Shown here: positions 16,925-23,670 of the stretch, one piece after another
How positions within the stretch are numbered: position 1 is the first letter of the stretch
Layout of the letters: each line of letters opens with the position of its first letter
Source of the DNA: an uncultured Chromatiales bacterium
GTDB taxonomy: Bacteria; Pseudomonadota; Gammaproteobacteria; SZUA-140
Length of the DNA stretch: 64,000 nucleotides
NCBI GenBank assembly: GCA_964388175.1
Contig: CAYLYS010000004.1
Location: 2,347-66,346 of the forward strand
Direction of reading: 5' to 3'
Made by a program: the position numbers and the translations under genes
Notes under the pieces: generated by a model
Seen by the model: only the letters and a program-made list of their open reading frames with translations
Databases searched by the model: none
Told to the model about the DNA's origin: nothing

Positions 16925-18507
16925 CTCACGCCCATCGCCTGCAAAGCGCGCTGAATATTGCTGGTGGCGCCCTGCAGCATGAGTATGGCTTCCTGGTAAT
17001 TACCGCGCGCGGCCTCGGGTTCGGACAAGGCCTTGACCTCTCTCGCCCGGTCGATGAACGGCATGATCAGCTTTCTGGTCTGCTCATTGGGTTCGCGCTG
17101 CTGAATGGCGAGCGGCACCAATCCTTCATAACCGAGGTAGCGCGACAGCTCGTATTCATATTCATCGCGTGGCGTCTGAAACACCAGTTCATGCACGATG
17201 GTCTGTTCGGCCAGCATCTCGGTCAGCGCCGTAGTCAGCGTATTCTGGGCGCCGCCCAGCATGCTGATCGCCTCGTTGTACTTGCCGTCATCGGCAAGCG
17301 ACCTGGCGTTGCTCATGACGCTCTCGATCTGCTTCAGATCGACGGCGCGGACGTTGCTTCGCCCCTTGTTCTTGACCATCTGCTCGTAGTTGCGGCGGTA
17401 CGAGGCCTCGAACCCCTGCACACCCTCATACATCTCCAGGAAACGGGCGCGCTCGGCCTCGCCGCGCGATTCCTGAGGCACCAGCAGGGAAGACTCGCTC
17501 ATCAGCCGCATGGCATCTTCGACCAGAGGCAGCGCATTCTGCTGTTCGCCGGCGGACAGCGCGCCGCGGGCTTGCTCGAAACGCTGCTGCGCATCGCGGT
17601 AGAGAGCGAGCGCGGTCTCGTTGCCGCTGTCGCGGATGCGCGCGGCAGCCGGCGACTGATTGATGAACATGTCGGCGAACTGAATCTTCTGCTGGATCTG
17701 CTGCGCCGATACGTTGCGCTGCTGCGCGCTCTGTGCACCCGCATCCGCGGTTCCCGGCATCTTGCCGCCGCGAGCGGCCTGCAGCTCGGCGATGGACAGA
17801 TTCTCCTGCCCCTCATTGACGATGTAGATCGGGCCACCCATGTTCCGGTGGTTTCGGCACTGGTAATAGAGCAGATCCGGCGCCTGCGCACTCGGCGTGA
17901 ACGTCACCACACCTTCATAGATGAACTGGCCGCTGACGCCATCGACATAGGTCGCGGCACCCCAGCCGACCTCGCTGCCGGAAAGGTAGAAATCGTGCTG
18001 TATGCCGGCATTGACGCTGAAACGATAGGTCTTGCCTCTCACCATCACCAGCGGCTTGCCCTGCACGCCATTGACTACGAATCCCATGCGATGGCCGACG
18101 CCATAGTAGGGATGCGAAGTATCCTTGGTCTCGGTGACGACATTGAACAGGAAAGGCGAGCTCGGCGGCGCCTCGCGCGCCGGCACCGCGGCAGGGACAG
18201 GAACGGATGAAGGCGCCGACGCCGACTCGGCTGGAACCGGAGCTGGTGCCGCTTCCACCGTCGCCGCGGAGGGTTCGGGTTGCAGCGGCACGACCTCGGC
18301 GACAGGCGTCTCCTCGGCGGGCGCTGGCTGGAGAAGCGCCGACGATGGGATGACCACTGTCACCTCCTGGGGCGAAGCAGCAACGGCAGACGGCGCCGAC
18401 GCTGCGGTCGGAGCGGAAGCAGGCGCATCGCTTCCGGTCGTGGCGCAGGCGGACAGCGTCAGCGCGATGATTGCCGGGAACAGCAGGCTAGGGAAACGGG
18501 ATCGCAT
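16921..18507 (-). CDS. Lipoprotein with Pro/Ala-rich linker, cupredoxin-like (putative type-1 copper) domain and long alpha-helical C-terminal domain
   Basis: Lipobox LTLSAC with a strong SD (AGGGAGGA) before ATG 18507. About 110 aa P/A/S-rich linker. Domain with candidate copper ligands (His in IQHDFY; C-x2-H-x2-M in YYQCRNHRNMGG). About 300 aa Q/A/R/E-rich helical tail. Confidence 0.55.
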   Translation of the reverse strand: MRSRFPSLLFPAIIALTLSACATTGSDAPASAPTAASAPSAVAASPQEVTVVIPSSALLQPAPAEETPVAEVVPLQPEPSAATVEAAPAPVPAESASAPSSVPVPAAVPAREAPPSSPFLFNVVTETKDTSHPYYGVGHRMGFVVNGVQGKPLVMVRGKTYRFSVNAGIQHDFYLSGSEVGWGAATYVDGVSGQFIYEGVVTFTPSAQAPDLLYYQCRNHRNMGGPIYIVNEGQENLSIAELQAARGGKMPGTADAGAQSAQQRNVSAQQIQQKIQFADMFINQSPAAARIRDSGNETALALYRDAQQRFEQARGALSAGEQQNALPLVEDAMRLMSESSLLVPQESRGEAERARFLEMYEGVQGFEASYRRNYEQMVKNKGRSNVRAVDLKQIESVMSNARSLADDGKYNEAISMLGGAQNTLTTALTEMLAEQTIVHELVFQTPRDEYEYELSRYLGYEGLVPLAIQQREPNEQTRKLIMPFIDRAREVKALSEPEAARGNYQEAILMLQGATSNIQRALQAMGVR

Positions 18508-18560
18508 TCCTCCCTCATATACTCTGGCATACATTCGGGCACACACTCAGACAGACATCC

Positions 18561-18596
18561 GGCGGAGACAGAAGGCCCGCCCTGAACGGGCGGGCC
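18561..18596 (-). terminator. GC-rich hairpin (GGCCCGCCC-TGAAC-GGGCGGGCC) followed on the transcript by a U-rich tract (UUCUGUCUCC); candidate intrinsic terminator or attenuator
   Basis: Perfect 9-bp stem read at 18574-18596, 18 nt downstream of the triheme B stop codon and upstream of the cupredoxin gene RBS. Confidence 0.4.
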
Positions 18597-18613
18597 TGAC
18601 TACCAAAACAATT

Positions 18614-19264
18614 TTATCTCCAAGGATTCTTGACGGTCGCCTCGCTCAACGGTGGCTTCCAGTCCGCGGGCTTGGGCTTGGAATGACACTTCCCGCAGGT
18701 CGTCGTGGTCACCGGGAAGGACACCTTGCCATGGCACACGCCGCATTTCTCACCCAGCAGAATAGCAGACATGTTGATCTGATTGGATCCCGCCTGCGGC
18801 ACGAAGATCGCCGGATGGCAGTTCGAGCAGAACAGCCATTCCGTATGCTGCCGATGCGGGAACACCACATCCGGCATCGATGCCTTCACCGGTCTGACGA
18901 TATCGAGATCCATGACGAAGGGCTCTTCCGATGAATCGATGCGATCCCAGCGCGGGCGCAGCAGACCTTGATCCAGCGCCTGCACCCAGTCGATACGGTT
19001 GCCGAACACGGTACGCGGCAATCCCTGATAGGCTTCTTCCGGCGGCTGCAGCGAGAAGGTCGCCTCGTTGCTGGTGTCGTGGATACCGTCTTCCCACGGC
19101 GGCGGATTGGCGCTGTCACGCTTCTTCAGGTTGACGTTGAACTCATTGGCGGAAGAAACGCGCGATTCCTGCGCCGATACCGACTGTATCTGCCAAGGCA
19201 GCGCAAAAACCACCAGTGCAGCGGACAGACCGAGTGCGATCGAGACTTTCTTGATGATATTCAT
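18614..19264 (-). CDS. Triheme c-type cytochrome (c7/c3-like), copy B
   Basis: Signal peptide, then FPHRQHTEWLFCSNCH, CGVCHGK and CGKCHSK. Clear paralog of copy A (shared DGIHD, IDWVQAL and HTEWL blocks). Confidence 0.8.
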   Translation of the reverse strand: MNIIKKVSIALGLSAALVVFALPWQIQSVSAQESRVSSANEFNVNLKKRDSANPPPWEDGIHDTSNEATFSLQPPEEAYQGLPRTVFGNRIDWVQALDQGLLRPRWDRIDSSEEPFVMDLDIVRPVKASMPDVVFPHRQHTEWLFCSNCHPAIFVPQAGSNQINMSAILLGEKCGVCHGKVSFPVTTTTCGKCHSKPKPADWKPPLSEATVKNPWR

Positions 19265-19287
19265 GGCTCACTCTCTCCCGTCCGTCA

Positions 19288-19737
19288 TTATTGCTGCGAC
19301 TGTGCGCCGGCTGCGGGGTCCAGCGGCTTGAATGCCGGGGCCACGAGACGCTGCACGGTGCTGCCGTGGAAGTGAGTGGGAGTGCCGGGAATACCGGAAT
19401 GGCACATGGCACAGTTTTCGACCGACCAGGCCACCTCGCCGTTGTGGCAGGCGCCGCAGAACTGGCCGTCCACGATCTTGGCCATCGTGATCTGATTACC
19501 GCCCGCCTTGAACTGGAAGCCCAGGTCGGCGTGGCAAACCTTGCAGCGGAAACGCACGCGATGGAACCAGTGCGGGAACACCACTGGACGCATGGCCGCG
19601 GCATCGGAATAGTTATTGATGACGACGTCGCCGTATTCCGCCTGTGCTGGCTGCGGCGCCGCCCATATCCACAAACCGATCAGGAGCCCCGCAAACAGCG
19701 AGATGCGCGCAGGCATCCGAGAGATCATCGATGGCAT
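19288..19737 (-). CDS. Triheme c-type cytochrome, copy C (divergent, 149 aa)
   Basis: Signal peptide, then FPHWFHRVRFRCKVCH, CGACHNG and CAMCHSG. Same heme spacing logic but low identity to A and B. Confidence 0.8.
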   Translation of the reverse strand: MPSMISRMPARISLFAGLLIGLWIWAAPQPAQAEYGDVVINNYSDAAAMRPVVFPHWFHRVRFRCKVCHADLGFQFKAGGNQITMAKIVDGQFCGACHNGEVAWSVENCAMCHSGIPGTPTHFHGSTVQRLVAPAFKPLDPAAGAQSQQ

Positions 19738-19814
19738 AACAAACCCCTCCTACTTGCTTTCCAACCTTTATTTTTTATGCAGACACAGGCCTGGCCGGGC
19801 GAGCGAATCCGGGC

Positions 19815-21578
19815 TCAGAAACGACGGTTTATCTGAAAATAGATAATATTGTAATTGTCGTCATTCTGATCGCCGGAGAAACTGATGTAGCGCCAGCTCA
19901 GACTGGTATCCACCAGCCCGATCACGTAGTCCAGTCGGTTCTCCCACTCTGCGCGGTCTATCCCCTCGTCCGTGGCCGCGCGCGCAATACGCAAATCCGA
20001 GTTGAACCGAAGCTGGGCTATGTCGAACAAGCCCATGTGCCGGTAGGTCACCTGGCCGGTTGCGGTTACTGTATCATTATCCCGCAGCCCGTTGAAGTCC
20101 CGGCTCACCATTTGCACCGTCAGATTTCCGCTCAACATGCTGTACAGACTGAGCGTCTGATTGCGCATGAACTGCAGATTGGCGAATTGCTGATTGTCGT
20201 CCTGATCGCCGAATCCGCGGGAATCCGACAATGTCAGGTGGATCATCGTCGTCCCGCTCTCACCGTGCCGGTCCCATGACAGGCTGCCGGTGTGATCCAG
20301 GCGCTGGGTATTGATATCATCGGCCGTATCCGCCGTTTGATAAACCGTGCTAACCGACTGGCTCAGACTCAGGCGGAAAGTCCCCCGTCCATCCGTCATC
20401 CACATGCGCTGCGCATCGTGCCCGAGGCGGACCAGCCCGGTCAGCAAGTCCTCGCTGCCGGTATTCTGGTTCTGGGCCGATGCCTGAGCATGCCAGTTAT
20501 AGGTGAAATGGGTGAAAAGCGGGCGCAGATCGGATTGATAGAGCGCGCCGAGGCGCTGCCGGGAGGTCATATCCACACCGGCGGTATTGGTGTCCGTGAC
20601 ATCGACATTGGCGTCGAAACGCAGATTCTTCGTGTACTGATAAAAAGCGCCGGCGGTGGCGCTGACGCTGGCCTGATCGATCTCCCTGCCAGCGTTACTC
20701 GCCGCCATGTCGAAGAGGCGCACGCCCGCGCTCACCGACAGCGGTCTGTCGACCGGCCGCCAGAACAGAAAGCTCGACACCTGGGTATACGTTATATCCG
20801 CCCTGGCCAGATTGGTGCTGCCGGGCGCCTGTGCCGACCGGGTATCGGAATCGTAGTAGCTGACCATGGTATCGAAGCGCAGCGCCCGATCCGGATGGTA
20901 GAAGTGCTCGACGTTGAGCAGCTTGATATCGTTGTCCTGATCGATGGTCGCCAGCTCTATTTGCTGGTAGCTGGTCCTGGCGCTCAGGGTATGCTGCGGG
21001 CGGCGCATATTGTATTCCAGCCCGATCAGCTGATCCTTGTAGCTCTCGATACCGCGCGACTCCCAGGTGCCATGATCGAAGCGCAACTGAAAACGATCGC
21101 CGACTTCGGTCAGATAGCTCTGGCGCAGCGACAGCCGCCGCGTCTGAAAGTCATAACTGCTGAGCCCGGACACGGGATTGGGCAGCGTGACCGAATCGAC
21201 GCGGCTGTCGCTCATGCGGTAGGACAGCGAAAAAGGGGTACGGCTTTGCGGCAGGACGTTGAGATCGAGATCGAGACCGAGAATGGTCGTGCGCGATGAG
21301 GCGCCCGCATCATAGCTGCTGGCATCCTGGGTCGCGCGCAGCCCCGCGGACAGATTGGCGAACCACGGCTCCCACAGATAGGCCTGCGCGTTCAGCGCGG
21401 CACGCAACTGGTTGCTGTGCGCATCGCTGTTGTCGCTGCCCGTGATCGAACGGAAGGTATAGCCGACACTGCCGGAAACGTCGCTCACTCCGACCGCCGC
21501 CGCCGCAGCCTGCGCACTCCACAGCGCCGCGGCCACCGCGCACAGCATCGAACCGAGTTGACGCTTCCCCTCTGGCAT
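19815..21578 (-). CDS. Putative outer-membrane beta-barrel protein (587 aa, no heme-binding motif)
   Basis: Signal peptide (MLCAVAAALWSAQAAAAAV). Sequence rich in alternating hydrophobic/polar stretches and Y/W/F. C-terminal aromatic residue (...YFQINRRF). Only one Cys in the whole protein, so no CxxCH. Confidence 0.55.
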   Translation of the reverse strand: MPEGKRQLGSMLCAVAAALWSAQAAAAAVGVSDVSGSVGYTFRSITGSDNSDAHSNQLRAALNAQAYLWEPWFANLSAGLRATQDASSYDAGASSRTTILGLDLDLNVLPQSRTPFSLSYRMSDSRVDSVTLPNPVSGLSSYDFQTRRLSLRQSYLTEVGDRFQLRFDHGTWESRGIESYKDQLIGLEYNMRRPQHTLSARTSYQQIELATIDQDNDIKLLNVEHFYHPDRALRFDTMVSYYDSDTRSAQAPGSTNLARADITYTQVSSFLFWRPVDRPLSVSAGVRLFDMAASNAGREIDQASVSATAGAFYQYTKNLRFDANVDVTDTNTAGVDMTSRQRLGALYQSDLRPLFTHFTYNWHAQASAQNQNTGSEDLLTGLVRLGHDAQRMWMTDGRGTFRLSLSQSVSTVYQTADTADDINTQRLDHTGSLSWDRHGESGTTMIHLTLSDSRGFGDQDDNQQFANLQFMRNQTLSLYSMLSGNLTVQMVSRDFNGLRDNDTVTATGQVTYRHMGLFDIAQLRFNSDLRIARAATDEGIDRAEWENRLDYVIGLVDTSLSWRYISFSGDQNDDNYNIIYFQINRRF

Positions 21579-21626
21579 GAATTGCGTATCCCACGTCGGC
21601 CGCCCCGCGGCCTATTCAAGTTGTTA

Positions 21627-22622
21627 TTATTCCGATGGCAACGAATCGGCCGCGCCCACGCCGATCAATTCCTCGTTGACCGTGATCGCCGTCGTCTCAT
21701 GCAGGCGCGCCAGTGCATCCTGCCATGCGCGCTCGCTCAGCTCCCGGTGCAACAGATCACCGGCGCGCTCCGCCACCAGATCGAATGCGTTCAGCTGCGG
21801 AACGACGCGCTCGTCCAGCCGGAAAAGCGCATAGCCCTGCAGCATCTGCAGCGGCGCCGAGAACGTGCCGGGCTGCATGGCATCCAGCACCTCCTGCGCC
21901 TCGCGCGCCAGCATGCCCTTGTGGACATAGCCGAGATCACCGCCCTGCGCCGCCGATCCATCCGCCGAATGCAGCCGCGCCAGATCGGAAAATGACGCTC
22001 CGTCTTTCAGTTTCGCATACAGGCGCTGCGCCTCTTCCTGCGCCGCCTCCCATACAGCGCCACCGGACCAGGGTTCGACCCTGAGCAGTATCATCGACAC
22101 ACGCAGGCGTTCCGGCGTCGTGAATTTGTCCGGCTGCGCCCGGTAATACGCCAGCACGGCCTCCCGATCCGGCGCCGGCACCTGCTCGATCCGCTGCCGC
22201 AGCTGCGCGATGACGCTGTCCCCCATCAACTGCGCCCGCAGGGCTTCGCGCGCGGCAACCGGGTCGGCGCTGGCGGCGATGCGCTCGGTCAGCATGGTCA
22301 TCCGGGCATCCATCCACCGCTCATCCGGCGCGATGCCCTGGCGTTCCGCCTCCTGCAGCAACAGCAATCTGTCGACCATCGCCGCGGCGACTTCACGCCG
22401 GAAGGCAGCGATATCGGCGGCGGGCACCTGACCATGATAGAAGCGCTGTCGGACGCCGGCATGGAAATTCGCCTCGAATTCATCGATCGGGATCACCGTT
22501 CCGCCGACCACGGCAAAGACATCGGCACGATCCGGCGTTTCCTCCTGCTTGTCCTCCACACCGGCATGGCCCGCTGTCGTCAGCAGCAGAAACAAGGCCA
22601 TCGTGATCGAGAAAATCCGCAT
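21627..22622 (-). CDS. Periplasmic peptidyl-prolyl cis-trans isomerase (SurA/PpiD-like parvulin)
   Basis: Signal peptide MRIFSITMALFLLLTTAGHA, a SurA-like N-terminal chaperone region and a parvulin signature (SDGSAAQGGDLGYVHKGMLAREAQEVL ... FSAPLQMLQGYALFRL). The start could also be the Met at 22634. Confidence 0.7.
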   Translation of the reverse strand: MRIFSITMALFLLLTTAGHAGVEDKQEETPDRADVFAVVGGTVIPIDEFEANFHAGVRQRFYHGQVPAADIAAFRREVAAAMVDRLLLLQEAERQGIAPDERWMDARMTMLTERIAASADPVAAREALRAQLMGDSVIAQLRQRIEQVPAPDREAVLAYYRAQPDKFTTPERLRVSMILLRVEPWSGGAVWEAAQEEAQRLYAKLKDGASFSDLARLHSADGSAAQGGDLGYVHKGMLAREAQEVLDAMQPGTFSAPLQMLQGYALFRLDERVVPQLNAFDLVAERAGDLLHRELSERAWQDALARLHETTAITVNEELIGVGAADSLPSE

Positions 22623-22705
22623 CCGAGAATACATGCCAGTCCGGAGCCATGGGGCGGCGGCATTCTGCCCGCAGCATGCCCTGCCGCCCAGGTAGCGCTC
22701 GCCCG

Positions 22706-23545
22706 TCATTTATTGTGGCAAGTCAGACACACTGAACTGCCCACGGGGTCTACGCGCAAAAACAGAGGGTTGTAATCGACATGGGGATCATGGCAGGAAG
22801 CGCATTCCACATAGGGCTGCGGTTCGCCGACGAACACCCCGCGCGTTGCGACCCGGGTGTACAGCTTCATGTCGGACTTTTCGAAATCCGACGATCCCCC
22901 GACGGTACGGGTGTTGACCCACCAGAATCTTTCGCTGCCGACGATCTTGGTTTCCGCCTGATGGAAATCCGGATCGCGCCCCGGCCCGTGCGGATTGGCC
23001 TGGGAATAGCCGCCGCCGGCATACTGCACCGAAACCGGATGATCGTCGCGCAGATCCTTGCCGAGATTGGTGATGACCGTCACCGGGCCGATCCGCCCGC
23101 CCACCGGCGCGGCCTGGCCGCTCCAGACTCCCGCCCTGAAGGCCCAGTTCTCCGCGCCCGAGCCCGGCTCGTTGATCAGTGCGTCCATGGCCTGCGTCCC
23201 GTCGTGACAGGACAGGCAGGCGATCGATACCGAGCCGATCGGCTCGATGGCCGCATCGAGACTGGTGGAACCCAGCTGGTCATAGGTGGTGAATCCGGCA
23301 CTGCCGGGATCGATGTAGCGATTCCACAGAGGAACGGCGACCGAGGCATCGGCGCCGTGCGGCGTATGGCAGAAAACGCAGATCTCCGACGTGCCGCTGA
23401 AATTGCTCGCGGCATTGACGCCGGTACTGCCAAGATTATGCTTGGTATTGAAGATACCGGCGTTGACGGCGTGCGCCGACAGCAGTACGGCCCCGAGCAT
23501 GAGAACCAGCCAGGAACGTCTGCAAGTATGGTGACTTGCTCGCAT
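22706..23545 (-). CDS. Tetraheme c-type cytochrome, secreted
   Basis: Signal peptide and CVFCHTPHG, CLSCHDG, CASCHDPH, CLTCHNK. The N-terminal module NTKHN...CVFCHTPHG...PLWNR...CLSCHDG matches the N-terminus of the undecaheme. Confidence 0.8.
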   Translation of the reverse strand: MRASHHTCRRSWLVLMLGAVLLSAHAVNAGIFNTKHNLGSTGVNAASNFSGTSEICVFCHTPHGADASVAVPLWNRYIDPGSAGFTTYDQLGSTSLDAAIEPIGSVSIACLSCHDGTQAMDALINEPGSGAENWAFRAGVWSGQAAPVGGRIGPVTVITNLGKDLRDDHPVSVQYAGGGYSQANPHGPGRDPDFHQAETKIVGSERFWWVNTRTVGGSSDFEKSDMKLYTRVATRGVFVGEPQPYVECASCHDPHVDYNPLFLRVDPVGSSVCLTCHNK

Positions 23546-23581
23546 TGTTGCTTTTCATCCCCCTCTGGTCGCCGTGACCGG

Positions 23582-23611
23582 CGGACCACCCCACCGACGC
23601 CGGGTGGTCCG
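23582..23611 (-). promoter_or_regulatory. Hairpin (CGGACCACCC - 10 nt loop - GGGTGGTCCG) in the leader between the porin gene and the first cytochrome gene
   Basis: Perfect 10-bp inverted repeat read directly. No U-tract follows; a GAGGGGGAT SD for the tetraheme gene lies downstream. Confidence 0.35.
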
Positions 23612-23670
23612 GGAACTTTACCATACTTTCCGATCGATCAGCATCACGAACGCTCGCGCTCGGCGCGTGC

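Noticed and set aside
18180-18470. Pro/Ala-rich coding stretch as a tandem DNA repeat/VNTR
   Set aside because: Low-complexity at the protein level (AP/SA/PV dipeptides) but no exact nucleotide periodicity. Interpreted as a flexible lipoprotein tether.
16921-18507. The cupredoxin-containing protein as a multicopper oxidase
   Set aside because: Only one cupredoxin-like segment and no HxH...HxH trinuclear-cluster motifs. Most of the protein is linker and helical tail.
19815-21578. Possibility that the 587-aa barrel is a Cyc2-type fused cytochrome-porin or an MtrB/PioB homologue
   Set aside because: Only one cysteine in the whole protein: no CxxCH and no N-terminal CxxC. Size (587 aa) is below MtrB/PioB. 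Kept as a generic OM beta-barrel.
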